From Oikopleura dioica (taxonomy: Eukaryota; Animalia; Chordata), in NCBI GenBank assembly GCA_907165135.1, contig OU015566.1, positions 248,001 through 312,000 of the forward strand: a DNA stretch of 64,000 nucleotides. Reading direction: 5' to 3'. The notes below the pieces were generated by a model that saw only the letters and a program-made list of their open reading frames with translations, did no database searches and was not told the DNA's origin. The position numbers and the translations under genes were made by a program. How positions within the stretch are numbered: position 1 is the stretch's first letter; each line of letters opens with the position of its first letter. Below are positions 46,840-59,269 of the stretch, piece by piece.

Positions 46840-47590
46840 CTTTCTTTTCAACTGCCTCGAAAGTATTGTCTCTGTCGATTATATCGAAATTTTGCTTAAA
46901 ATCGTTGTATGGTACGATGCAAGCCTTCATTCCGCTAACTGAGAAGACAACTGGATAATCGGAGAATATATCCGTATACAGTCGATAGCTTGAGGCATGG
47001 CCTCGAGGTGATTGATCCAGAAACATGTACGGATACTGCTTATTCTTGTTCTCTTCCGTCGCTCTTTTGTAAGCTTTTAGAAGTCCAGCTTGACTACAAG
47101 CACGTTTGTTAACTGTTCCATCAAGACAGTTTCTACAGAGAAATGTCGCGTTACAGTTGAGCTTGATATTTCGTCCGAATTTTCCCTGGGCATAGTTATT
47201 TTGAGTCATTATCATCACGTTTAGATTTTTCTTTCCACTTGTAACTCGAAAAAGATGATCAATTGCCTGACTTTGAATTGCTTCCTCGTACAAATCATCA
47301 AGTACAATTGTTGAGTGTGAGGGAATCTCGTCAATTTCTTCTTGAGAAGGCAGACCAACCCTGTAACTAACAGGGATACCAAGATCATCCCATTGGACAG
47401 GCTTATCTTCAAGAAAACAAGGATAAAAATAGACAACACGTTTTGTTTTCTTCTGAAAAATATCTCTGTGTTGTAAAACTTGCTTTGCTAGATAGGTCTT
47501 TCCAGCTCCTGATGATCCGCTCAAAAGAATTCTGTAAGGATAGGCAAACCGCATATCTGGTAAAATTTCTCCATTTATTATCGTACTCAT
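46367..47590 (-). CDS. ATP: A32/FtsK-like DNA packaging ATPase with S/K/R-rich C-terminal tail (407 aa)
   Basis: Walker A GSSGAGKT, Walker B IVLDD, LF...S...NLNV...TQN. Confidence 0.93.
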   Translation of the reverse strand: MSTIINGEILPDMRFAYPYRILLSGSSGAGKTYLAKQVLQHRDIFQKKTKRVVYFYPCFLEDKPVQWDDLGIPVSYRVGLPSQEEIDEIPSHSTIVLDDLYEEAIQSQAIDHLFRVTSGKKNLNVMIMTQNNYAQGKFGRNIKLNCNATFLCRNCLDGTVNKRACSQAGLLKAYKRATEENKNKQYPYMFLDQSPRGHASSYRLYTDIFSDYPVVFSVSGMKACIVPYNDFKQNFDIIDRDNTFEAVEKKDAKKNPPCKTVESTRVKSKIRCDSFTEDSSESEVERSRSRKRNKKSSVDKKSKKKTKKRRRQSTSSEASSEDDSSENEKSKSKKNKRRRPSTSSESSTEYVSSDEKSKKSKQRRNSNSSESPSSEEVSSGGSDSSPSRKRGKRSSVLSESSGISQEE

Positions 47591-47743
47591 TTTCTCTTTT
47601 GCTTCAATTTTATTTCGCTCATCCTTTTTATTTATAAAATAAAGCGTTGGATAGGAATTTAAAATAATCAAAAATGAAATTTTATTTGGATAATTTACGG
47701 ATATACAACGGAACTTATTGATTACGAAAAAAATTAACATTGA

Positions 47744-47828
47744 ACTTCCGGCTATTATTTATCAACTGCACTTCCGGCCAGAAAATACGTGTTTCCGGTC
47801 CGGAAATACTTGTTTCCGGACCGGAAGT
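47744..47828. promoter_or_regulatory. Cluster of six CCGGAA (ETS-type) cores upstream of the ATPase
   Basis: ACTTCCGG twice, TTCCGGTCCGGAA, TTCCGGACCGGAAGT within 85 bp. Confidence 0.5.
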
Positions 47829-50392
47829 ACTTGTTTACATTAAATCCTCCATTAATCATTTGATATATAATTACGACGCCCCTTCAAAATGTGCGTTCAA
47901 GCGTTAACAGCAAATTTAATCTTGAGACGTGTTTAGAACCAAAAATACGGGGTTTTTTTTCGCAAGCTTCAATGAAATACCTTAGAATTGCCTTGCTTGG
48001 CCTGTACCAAGTTAATTACATTTTCTACCATCACTTATCCCTGCAGTGCGCCTAAGAATACAGCGCCCATCTTTCCCTTTTGCCTCTGAAGCGGCCAAAA
48101 GAAAGCGTGCTGATGGCACAGCGGATGAGTCAGCGCACTCAAGGGATCCCTGATGGTAGAAAACAGGCTTCATTGCTTCATTTAGAACTCTGAAGCAGCT
48201 CGGGACAAAGACAGATCCCTGAGTTCGACGGGAGAGCGGCTAGAGATCGCAGCCACAGCCCCGGAAGATATGACCCAGGGCGGCACCATATCCCAGTTCG
48301 CCCAGCATTCAAGGAGCCCTATCGCGCTGAGGAGATTCGAGGTCGGAGCAGGGAACGCTACACCTCAAGGCGACGCTCGACTGATGGTTCATCCTTGGAA
48401 AGGTACGTGGATAGGGATGACTATCTTCGAGATCGCTACGGAGACATCTATGGCTCGCGCCCTAACGATGATCCCTGCCCTCTCGCTTGCGAAAGACAAC
48501 ACAGGGACACTCGACGCGCTGGAGGCCACGGTGGCAATTGCCGACATTTTGAGCGGCCGCCACAGAACCGCCAGGAAGACCGGCAAGAGACTGGTACAAT
48601 GAAAGAGGGCCTAAGAGAGGATATGGAAGGCAGTTCCTCAATAAAAACCGGCCTCAAAATGATTGGCCTTACCGAGGTCCTCGCGAGGAAAATTTCCAGG
48701 GTAGACAATCAAATATGAATATATTTACCATAAGGCTCCCCACGATTTTCGATTTTTAGAATTTTGATACATCTGAATAAAAATTTAAAAATCAAGCTTT
48801 TAGAGTTGTCTAAGGGTCGCATTATACAATCGTATTATCATTTTTCGGAAATTGAGAAAACTGAGATACACGTCACTAGATTTGCTTTAAATCTTTCAGG
48901 TCATTTGGGATTAAGTTCCCTTTCTGTGATTTGGGGTAAGGTGGGGTGAATGAATGTTTGATTTTTTCTTGAATAAAAACATGTTATTATTTGTCAAGAA
49001 ATCTGTCGCCATCAAGATGCATCAGGATTCATCAAGAATCACCAGAAAATATCGAAAATATCAAAAAATAGAAAAAAACAAAAAAAAATATTTTTTTTTG
49101 CTTTGACTGTTTTTTTTATTATATTTGCCTTAAGGCGATTGTGTGTGCCCATCTTTGTGCCAATCAAGATATTTTTTCAATAAAAGACGAAAGATATAAA
49201 GAAAAAGACATTTTTCTTGCAATTTTCGATTAGTTTCTTTTTCTTCGTATCCTTAAGATAATTCCTTGAAGGCAATGTTCTGAGGCAATTTCGTGCCCAA
49301 GTGTCACACGCAAAGAAGTTGAAATTAAATTTTTTTCTAGAACAACGAAATAGGAAGCCATAACAGCGAAAATCAATAAATTCGCTTTAATTTTCGTTGA
49401 TTTGATTCAATTTGAGTCAAAAAACTTAACGTAAAAATCTAACAGATTTGCTCCTGTCCCATTTTCTCAGCTAAAAATCTTCAATTTTTCTTCCTCAGAA
49501 TTGATATTCTCTTTTTCTATCGAAATACCGCTGACTTTGACTTTAATGTCCAAACTTTGGACTCCAAAGTTTCTTGATTCTCGCAGTAATCGAAAAGGTA
49601 CAATTATTTACTCTTTTTTGGACATTTTTTGTCCCAAATTTTCATAAAATATCCACAAAAGTGGGCAAGAGTCTTCAAAAAATGTCTCACCGTAGGAGCT
49701 TAAAATTTTTTCTTCGATAAATTTTTCTTCAAAAATTGCAAATTTCATCATCGAAACGCTTTATTTTGCCTTTTTTACCATTTTTGGTCAATTAAACAGA
49801 ATAAGCCATTGATTTCTTACAAAAAAAACCTGATTTTTGTAAAAACACCCTTTTTTCCTTCAAACTTAACGGCTGGACAAATGTCCACAAAAGTGGAACA
49901 TTATCCTTGCAAAAGTGTCCCATGAAAACCCCTCAAAATGGAGAAAATGTCCACAAAAATGGGGTCCACAAAAGAGGAAAAAAACTTTAACAAAATGTTC
50001 CGAGAAAAATTCGGCAGGCTGCCTAAATGTTTATCACATTCATGCCTTTCTAAGTAATTTTCATTTCGGGCGCGTTTGCCGAAACTTTTATCCGTACTAA
50101 CCTACACACCAGAGGACATTGAAAAACCGAAAAATATCCGAATTTTACGCTAAGTAAAATTTACATGCATTTTCGAAATCTTTGAAGGCTTATATTTAAG
50201 GAAAGATGTTTGAAAAGGGGTCATATGTAGGGCCCACGCTCAAAAAATAGCTACCCGAAATAGTGCTCGTATGATTTTCAAAATAAGATATGTAAAACAA
50301 CTGTAATAAACAAGCATTTTTATCCTTTCTGACCCCGTTTCTATAGTGCAAAGAAACGCGTATGAAATTTCCAGAAAATGGCGATTTCTTAA

Positions 50393-50781
50393 GGGGGTCG
50401 ACGAGAATCGGGATTTTTTCAACCAAAATTCCGGAAAAACTAGCTTTGAATGAATAATTCTGATTGGTAAGGTGAGTAGAAAAGGGTTTGAAGAATACAG
50501 CGGCGAAAATAAGAAAAAAAATTGTCCAAAAAAAAAGGGCGTAATCGTGTCTCAAAGTGGACCCCAAATCGCAATTTTGGCAATTTTTCGATTTTTTCGC
50601 TATTTTTTTTCTACCACATTTGGTAATAAAGTGCAAGAAATTTCTGCAAACTCCCGCGAAACTCGTTGCCGCTCTATTCTAAATACCCTTCTGTTCTCAC
50701 CTGATAAGTCAAAATATGTTTACAGAATCGGATTTTTCGGGAAAATTGGTTTAAAAATTCCGATTCTCGTCGACCCGCTCC
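50393..50781. mobile_element. MITE with TTAA TSD and purine-start TIR (Kolobok-like)
   Basis: TTAA|GGGGGTCGACGAGAATCGG ... CCGATTCTCGTCGACCCGCTCC|TTAA. Confidence 0.7.
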
Positions 50782-51006
50782 TTAACATAAAATCGAAATT
50801 TTTCTTAATTAAAGTTGGTCCAATAAAAAAAAGCTAGAGACCAAAAATGCTCCCTTTTTTATCAAGGAATGTAATAATATTATCAAAATTTCAAATATTA
50901 TCAAGTAAATAAAAATCTCCACGACCACCATCTCAAAGTAGTTAAAAGCTACTTGCGTCAGTTTTATATAAAAAATGGGAGTGTTTAATAATGGAGAGTT
51001 TTCAAA

Positions 51007-51440
51007 TAGGGTTGGCCAAAAAAATCGAAGGTGTTTCGACCAACACATTTCACATCTCATCCGAAGCGCCGTTTTTGAAGATCATTTTGATATATAAATG
51101 AAATCGGTCGCACAACGGGAAGGCATTGAAAAAAATATTTTTTGAAAATTTCGATTTTTTCGATTTTTAACAATAAAACCATTATTTAATGAGTCATTTC
51201 TTTCGATCAGTCATGCTGACGTCAGCATAAATCATGTAAGAATGTTCTTCAGCGTCAGTTCTTTCAATCAAGTACGTACATGATCTATTTCCAAAATGAA
51301 ATTAGGGTCAGACTACTCTTTTAAGTCTAAGAACATGAAAAAATCAGTTTTTGGTAGTTTTTCGAATCTTTCGGGCCGTCTCAGCCCCGTTCCTTGATGT
51401 CTAAATTTAAGGGGCTTGCCGATTTTTTCGGCCAACCCTA
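51007..51440. mobile_element. hAT-type MITE, TIR TAGGGTTGGCC
   Basis: TAGGGTTGGCCAAAAAAATC / GATTTTTTCGGCCAACCCTA; flanks TTTTCAAA / TTTTTCAA. Confidence 0.75.
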
Positions 51441-51598
51441 TTTTTCAATAATTCGAAACCGTCAAAACCTTTCTAATAAATATTTATTACAGCTTTTTTA
51501 GGTATAAGAATAGAATAATTTTTGTTTAACACTTTTGGTTAAAAATTATTTTCCTTTACAGAATATTTTTGTTTGGCATTTTGAACAGTTTTCGCACT

Positions 51599-53280
51599 CT
51601 ATCTTAGGTTATTTTGGGCTTCTTCAACTGCACTAATGAATTTTTCAACGAATTGAGGAGAGTAACCTCCGGCGACGAAATCGAAGTAGTATCGTCTGTA
51701 GAGTTCTTTTATCAAGTCGATTGGTATTTCTACGAATCCTTGGGCTTCGTGATGAAACCAGCCGGAATCGGGGTCTGGGCCGCCGTAACGAGGGGCGAGC
51801 TCGAGAATGCCGGTTAGGCCCTGCTTGTCCAGGACCCAAGGCCATTCTTCTTCTGATAGACGGCCGTGGATGATGTATTCGTAGTCCATCGCACACTAGA
51901 AAATATCCTTAAATTGAAAAATGCGACAAATAATTCGAATATCTCGGAAAATTTTTTTTCGGAAATTTGATTCGCTTGTCGGTTGAATCTCGACGCCTGA
52001 TTTGCCAAAAAATCTGATCAAAGTTGTTGGTCGAAATTGACGCTTTTTTGCCAGTTTTTTGCGCATAAATTGCAGGTTTCAGCACTTTACGAGTCTCGAA
52101 TGAAATTCATTCATGTTGTTCAATGTCATTCATTATGTTTTTGCTATTTATTCTGCGAGCTCCCATAAAATCTAAGTGTGTTCATGTTATGGCTGATAAA
52201 AGCTATCAAAACACAACCGTCGGGCAACCGTTGAACTAAGTATACGACAGCGGATGGTCGAAAAAAGAGCAACTTACAAAATGACAACATTCGTCTTGAG
52301 CTTTCCAATGTTGATTCATTGCCGTGTCGTTTGTGTCGTGAACCAGCATTCGCAGCCATTTTTCAAGCGAGACTTTGAATTTTTGCGGGGAGGGTGGGCC
52401 AGGCTCTTTTTGGGCTTTCTCGACGTAGGAGTTGAATTGTCTGTTGTTTGCTTCATGCTTAGGATCATCTGGGTAGTACTGGATTTTGTCTCTCCAGCCT
52501 TAAAGAAGATTGAGACTTAAGGGGCTCCCCTCCTTATTTTTACGGTATAAATTTTACCTGATCTTGCCCTCGTAAATGGATCCCTCGTGTTTATGTATCT
52601 CTTCTCTTTTCCTTGCAACAGCGCAGCATGCTTGACTGTATGAAATCTCGGAACAAAGCCATACAAAGCCTCCGGATAAAAGACGTTTTTATTCGAGTCA
52701 TCCTCAAGCACGACGCCTTTTGCGGCCATTTCTTCTCTTGTCTGGGAAAGTTTTGCGAGGGCGATTTGCCAGTTGGATGTCCCCGCTTTGGGAGGGAGGC
52801 AAATCAGGAAGTCTTTTTTGACTTTTGGGGAGTCGGCATGGCGTAGCGCGAAAACACTGAAATTTGGCTCTAAACTTGACCTTTTTCCTTTGAATATATA
52901 TTTGGAGCCGAATTTATCATTCCATTTGATCGGAGCCATCGAATCAAATCGCTTCCAAGAAAATGGATCCTTCGGTTCAGCGCCTGGTTCAACATATAAA
53001 CCCTCAATTAATCTGTGAAAGTCCAGTAGATCCTCAATCGTGTTATTTTTATCGGCCGCCATTGCATAAAGATGTTGTCGATATGTACAAGCAAGGTTCT
53101 TGACCAAATAACGGCGATTCATTCGATTCTCGACCGACTCTAAAAAAGGTCCCTGAAATTTCTTGCGGGAATTGTTAGCTTACCGCTTTGTTCTTCCTGT
53201 TCTGTAAGAAACGGTTTTGAAACTGGAGGGGAGGCTGCATATTCCCACGTGACCACCCAATTGAAGTAAACAAGCAATAT
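51599..53280 (-). CDS. Carbohydrate sulfotransferase (Sulfotransfer_2, CHST8-14-like). Exons ~53280-53184, 53140-52558, 52498-52278, 51895-51599; 5' exon not located
   Basis: 5'-PSB CLPPKAGTSNW, 3'-PB RDPFTRARSGWRDK, HWKAQDECCHFC, LYRRYYFDF..GY. Confidence 0.9.
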
Positions 53281-53653
53281 CTAAATATAAACAAAGAAAT
53301 AACCGGAAAAAATTCTTTGTTTTCTGATAAAAATAAATGCAGAATTTTCAAATTTTCGGGATTCCCTCCCGATTTGTAAATTTCATCAAGAGCTTTTGTG
53401 TGGTACATTTTTAAAATCCTCATTGTCTTTGGATCATTTCAATATATTATGTCAAGGGGTGAACGTCACGTGATACGCCGGGGCGAAGCTTTGAAAGTGC
53501 CTTATTTTAATAAAAAAAAAACTTAGAAAAAATTTGCCAAATTTTCGACTTTTCGAAGTCATAGGAATAAGGAAAGCTCAAATGAAGCTGAAAAAAATAG
53601 TTTTGATGAAAGATTTTGCCAGTTTGAGGCGCTAAAGAGCATAAAAAGCGTCG

Positions 53654-54150
53654 CCGGTGAAAGTAATTCGTTGCAACGAATTATTCGTTGCCCGAACGAA
53701 TTATTTTCAAGGGTAAACAGCTATTTTCCGTAAAAATAATTCGTTTAAAACGAATAATTCGTGATGGTTACCGAATAATTCGTTAGGGTTACCGAATTAT
53801 TCGTTTTGAAAGGCTGTCCTCCGGCTAGGTTCGCAACTCGATTTTTCATAAAAAAACCTGACTACAGGCGCGGCTGAAAGAAAGACAGCATACTCAAAAA
53901 GGAGCTTATCTCTGAAATCAGGCGCGGAGCGCATACATAACCTGATTTAAGCAGTTAGGTAGCGGTTATGCTAGGTACGGGTTAGGGTTAGGTTTATGGG
54001 TTAGGATTAGGGTCAGGCTTGAAAAGAAAAACAAACGAATTATTCGCTTTAAAAAACGAATTATTCGTTGGAAACAACGAATTATTCGGTATGTAACGAA
54101 TTATTCGTTAGGAAACCGAATTATTCGTCCCAACGAATTATTTTCACCGG
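53654..54150. mobile_element. MITE with many ACGAATTATTCGTT subrepeats and a TTAGGG-like tract
   Basis: CCGGTGAAAGTAATTCGTTG / CAACGAATTATTTTCACCGG ends. Confidence 0.65.
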
Positions 54151-54404
54151 TTACCATAAAAAGTCCTCAAAATGGCAAAAATCAGTCGAAAAAGTTTTTG
54201 TGAAGACAAATTCTATTGAAATGTTCTGGCCTGAATCGGAGTCTGTACGAGTGTTGCCGCTAGTACTCGTGCTTTGGTTAGACTGTTTTATTATAAAAAC
54301 GGAGAGCAAAGGAGCATTCAGGAACAGCTGACTGAACGGAACAGTCAGCTGGGTGCACAGGAAATATCGCATAGATCGAGCTACTTATAGGCTTTGATTG
54401 ATTA

Positions 54405-54590
54405 GTGGACATTTCAAGGAAAAGGGACATTTCTAGAAAGCGGACATTTCAAGAAAAAGAGACATTACAAGCAAAAAATATATTTCTTGAAATGTCTACT
54501 TTCTTTAAATGTCTGTTTTGATTGAAATATCCTCTTTTCTTGAAATGTCTTTTCATATTGAAATGGCCCTTTTTCTTGAAATGTACTTTT
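54405..54590. repeat. ~19-bp GGACATTTCAAGAA subrepeats arranged as a foldback; second copy ~57215-57390
   Basis: Plus-orientation units are followed by TTCTTGAAATGTC units in both places. Confidence 0.75.
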
Positions 54591-54962
54591 TACTTTTTCT
54601 AATTTTAATTGTTGCACATACTCAAAACTTAAAATATCTGACCCCCTACTCAGAGCGAAAATTGAAAACTTTGAAAAACATAAAAATTCAAGTTCTTGAT
54701 TTATTCATGGTCACTGATGATTCCTCAAATAAAAAATCGCATTGATGAGATGATATACCCCAAATTTGCACTAAAAGATGAAAAAAATTTAGGGAAAACA
54801 TTCAATCAACTGGTCCTAAAGCGATCAAAAATTTTTGTTGAGTTTATTTTCTGGGATACCCGCTAGAAGCATCAAATTATCGTTGAATCTTCCAGATGCG
54901 CGTCGTTTCCTACGGTTTTGGGGGTTTCCGCAAATTCATGCATTATTTTATACGGTAAAAAC

Positions 54963-55728
54963 CGTAGTATGGAAAAATGTTTCGGTAAAAGCGACCGAAA
55001 TATTAATCACTTTCAAGGGGTCAAATGTGATAAATATTTCGGCAGGCAGCCGAAAGAATTATACAAATAAGACTCATTTTTAGGAAAAATATTTCGGTAC
55101 GAGCCGAAATAAAAATCAGAAATTGATGTCTTTTGAGCAATAAAGTTTCGGCTGGTTTTTCCATTCTCATCCTGATTTGCGCTGGTGTGTGCATTGAATG
55201 AGTTTGCCTTATCAGTTCTTCACCTCAAAAATCTCGAGTAATTTTCTGTTCTCATTTTCCGAAGATCATTTGTCGGGGTTCATTCTTCATTTCACGAAAA
55301 TGGAGGAACTCGATGAATAAAAATTATAATCTTAGTATTTGCTAAAATAAAGGTTAGGGTTAGGGGGCACCTGCAAAAATGACGGAACAAATTACCCGAG
55401 AGGGATAGGCTAGGGTTAGTTAGGGTTACTGAAGGTAACCCTAAGTAACCCTAGACTAGACCCCGGCATCTTAGGACCTAAGGGGCGAAGCCCCGTGGTC
55501 AGAGGAACTCAGATTCCTTGATTTCTGTCATCTCGCCCCCTTTTTTTGCCGAAATTTTATTGCTAGAAACGAATTTGAAAGTGAAAAAGATTTCGGTAGC
55601 ATGCCGAAACATTTTTGCTCAAAAAGTGGAAAAAAAGTGAAAAAAGTTTCGGCTATTACCGAAATATTAATCAGAAAATAAGCTCACCATATTTCGGGAG
55701 TTTTACCGAAACATTTTTCCATACTACC
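54963..55728. mobile_element. hAT-type MITE
   Basis: TIR GTAGTATGGAAAAATGTTTCGGTAAAA; perfect 8-bp TSD GTAAAAAC (54955-54962, 55729-55736). Confidence 0.8.
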
Positions 55729-56432
55729 GTAAAAACTGAGTCTTAGGCAGAGTTCGAAATTTTCAAAAACATCCCAGCTCCCATAATTTTGAAAACGCCA
55801 GCTCTCATCAGCTAACGAGATTCTGAAAGCTTCAGCTTCCAGCTCCCACTAGCTCCCAAAAAAGTGGGAGCTGGTGGGACCTGTGTGAGCTGGCTCCCGA
55901 AATTCCATTTTTATCGAAATAATTAAACTCAAACTTGATTCAGATTAATGTTGTTCAAAACACAAGAGACTCAAAAGAAACATAAAATAATTTCGAAAGT
56001 AAAAAAACGTCTCTTCTGAAAAAATTACGCCGATAATTACATTATTATTAGGATTATGGATTTCTAGAATGAGTTATCGCATGGAAATAGATGTTTTTTA
56101 GAAACAAAATAACTTTTAAACAAAACATATGTGTGTCTAGACAAAGGGAGCAGTGGTCGGTTTTCGCTCATTCGCGGGCATATTTTCCGATATAAATTCA
56201 CTTCTGTGATTCGACAAGTTTTTCTTATTTCAATGTCACTAGCGACAAAATCATTTAAAATCTTTAATATTATTTTTAATATTAGTTAAGTTTCATACCC
56301 CAAATCATTCGATTTCGAAGCTTTTCCATCATTCTCATTGGTTTAAAAAAACAGACCAACGACACGACCAAAAGGCCGACTCGACCCGACCCGACCATGA
56401 CTTTGGCCATTTCAAAGGTGAGCCGGACGGTG

Positions 56433-56644
56433 CCGGTACCGAAAATTTGGTACCCGGTACCAAAGTCAAGCATTTTTTCCGAGTCATCAAAAAACTAGTA
56501 TCCGCTCCGCGGCTGAAGTGCAAGCATACTTCATTTATTGACCGAATACACCTTTTAAAATCAATTTCGGCTCGTTATCCTAGATTTTTTTTAGTGCCGA
56601 GTACCAGAAATTTGGTACCGGGTACCAATTTTGGATTGGTACCG
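56433..56644. repeat. Inverted repeat rich in GGTACC, flanked by CCGAC repeats
   Basis: CCGGTACCGAAAATTTGGTACCCGGTACCAAA versus its near reverse complement at ~56610-56644. Confidence 0.65.
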
Positions 56645-58474
56645 GCAACGTCCGCCCCCGTTTCAAAGTAGCCCGACCCGACCCGACATTGAAAAAGGGT
56701 GGTCGATGCCGACCCTAGGCTGGCACCCTCAGCCAACCGTCTAGGGAGGGCAGTGCCCACTGGGCACCAACCAAGGTCGGAAATTTAGGTTTTCGAATAA
56801 AGATAATTCAAAAATGATGGTCTTAGATGGTAAACAAGAAGAAAAATTTCAATCAAGGAAAAAGCCGACCGGGGGTTCTTAAGAGATGTTTTCACTATCT
56901 TAGACTGTCATCGAGAAGATGTATAGACTTTTTTGATGCTCTCGACCTGGCATATCTAAAATCGAAATTAAATTTTTTGCAATGTTCTCACACAACTCCT
57001 TAATCAAAATTCACTTTACTTTGAATCTGAGAGAAAGTTTTTTAACAGATTATACGCCTGCCTTACTTACAATGGAGGTTTTGAATCATCAAAAAGCATA
57101 TTTGAAACATTTTATTAAAAAAATTTTTTTCAAAATTTTTAAATTTTTGGTCTGAGTGGGGGAAAGCAGTTATTTTTCTGCGACACCTCAACAATGAAAT
57201 TAATGAAATCAAATGGGGACATTTCAAGAAAAGGGGACATTTCAATCGAAATAGGCATTTCAAGTAAAGTGGACATTTCAAGAGCAACGGACATTTCAAG
57301 GAAACCAGACATTTCAATAGTTTCTTGAAATGACCACTTTCTTGAAATGTCCGTTTTCTTGAAATGTCTACTTTTCTTGAAATGTCCACTAATCGCTTTA
57401 ATTGACAGGCTGCATCTGAGCCAGAATATCTCACCATAATCCTTGAATAGATCAGATGCCTGTACTAGAGATTGTAGAGTAGGGATCAAGAAAGGACTTA
57501 ATAATAAGAAAGGGGGAATAGATAAAAGGGAAAAAAAGTAGTTTGGGGACTATCATTGTCTTAAGAGCTATTTTAAGAAGCGATTCCCTTTATCAAATTT
57601 AATTTCCATACTAGACATTGCTCATTAAGAAACGAGCTTTCAAATACGCCCCTTATCTTTAAGATATCTTAGCCCGCAAAAGTAGTTCGACCTCAAAATT
57701 GGCGAAATCGGGGGGTGATCCCTTAATTCGGCGAAATCTTAGGTAAACTTACGGTTAAAATTCCTATAAAAATATATTTGTCTTGGGTCGCGATTTTCTT
57801 CGATCTTTCTTCATATTTCGATGCTCTTATTAATAATTCGTTTTTTTCCATTTTCTGTCGTTCCTTAAATTTTCTTTGACAAAAAATCAATTAGGGTCTA
57901 GAAAATCGAACTCAGCCAGCGGGGCGAGCACGTTATAAAAAAGGATTGACTTGCTTTTACAATTAAGCCCCTCGATTTCGGTCAGAGGATCATCTTCAGT
58001 GCAGAGAATTAAATTTACAGATAAAATAACCCAAATATAACTACCAGTGTTTGAAATAATACTCAAAACTAAAATGAGCGAGTGAGCGCGAGCAGACCAA
58101 AATCTAAGAGCTACAAATTTGCTCCCAATTCGAAAATTTTTTTGAAAATCAACAATTTTAAGTCTAGAATTTACGCACCGAAGAATAGGAAATACTCACT
58201 TTATAGTATTATTCTTAGAAGAGACGTTTTTCGACTTTATATATTTTTACACGTGAATAATACGTCCAGTTAACAAAATTTTATCTAGTTTGATTTTAAT
58301 AATTTCAGAAAAATGTGTATGTCTCAGATTATTAGCATAATTATAAATAAGGATAAATTATCATGGATAATGCGTCTGCGCAGATTTATATTAGAAGAGA
58401 CGTTTTTTGATTAGATATTCGTATAAATGTGTCTTCTGAAATTTTATATAAATAAATGGACAAAAATTTACTTA

Positions 58475-58688
58475 CCATCTCGTACCCCTCCAGTGCGCCT
58501 GATGATCGTAGATCGTCCGATTTTGCATCGGACGGAAGGGCAGGTTCCAATTTTGAAGGATGCACGCTCGACAAATCAGTGCACAGCATTAATCGGGCGC
58601 AGGATTTCAATTTTGAACCTCATCTTCCGCTTTATGGGAAATCTGACGATCTACCGATCATCAGGCGCAATGGAGGGATACGAGATGG
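58475..58688. mobile_element. MITE with TA flanks (Tc1/mariner-like)
   Basis: ~45-bp TIR CCATCTCGTACCCCTCCAGTGCGCCTGATGATCG...; TA on both sides. Confidence 0.7.
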
Positions 58689-59269
58689 TAGATTAGGTTT
58701 TATAATTTCAAAAGAACGAATTTATCTTTTATTCTGAAGATTTGCAAATAAGAAAATATTGAAGTGTATTCTCATGAGAAATTTATAAATTTAACCTTTT
58801 GAAATCCTTAAAAATGATCACCAGGATAATTACGACGGTTGTAAATTAAGAACTTTTAAAAAAGGTCCTTCTTCTTGGCGCGGTGATAGTAATCAAAAAA
58901 TATTGATTTTTCTAGAATACAATAATAATTATAAAAATTCATAAACAATGAATTAGTTTTGAATAAGACAAGAGTTCGCAATCATCTCTTAATTTCCTCG
59001 CGTTAAACCCACAGCTTAAATCTTCCAAGGGCTAGGGAAGGAGCTGGTTTTAATGGCACTGTTAAGAAAAGCGTCTTTTCTCGCACTGAAATTTGATAAT
59101 GAGAATTTTCAAAGCCCCGTCATATTATAAAAGCCAAACTTTTACCTCCAACGTAGCAAATCCAAAAATTTTGAATCCGGATTGGCAGTCTATCTTAGTA
59201 AGCTAAGACCCTTAAAAAATTTCGAACTCTACGGGTGTCGATATTGGCAGCGGGTTTCAGTTATCCTGT

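Larger units (their letters stand above)
27912..47830 (-). mobile_element. Maverick/Polinton (endogenous virus-like DNA element); termini not identified
   Basis: pPolB, rve integrase, A32/FtsK-like ATPase, adenain-like protease and DJR major capsid protein co-occur within 20 kb, the diagnostic Polinton gene set. Confidence 0.95.

Noticed and set aside
45583-46851. Integrase as part of an LTR retrotransposon
   Set aside because: No RT, RNase H or gag nearby; its neighbours are Polinton ATPase, protease and capsid genes.
47215-47260. ATPase TSGKK in place of the usual SxH/RH motif as evidence of inactivation
   Set aside because: Walker A/B and the TQN motif are intact; an alignment is needed before any claim.
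21575-49995. Inverted ~350-bp repeats at 21.6 kb and 49.6-50.0 kb as Polinton TIRs
   Set aside because: They are visibly diverged, and a third copy at ~3 kb resembles the 49.6-kb copy more closely; this is a dispersed repeat.
53985-54015. TTAGGG tracts as a true telomere
   Set aside because: Only 2-4 degenerate units, embedded in interspersed repeats.
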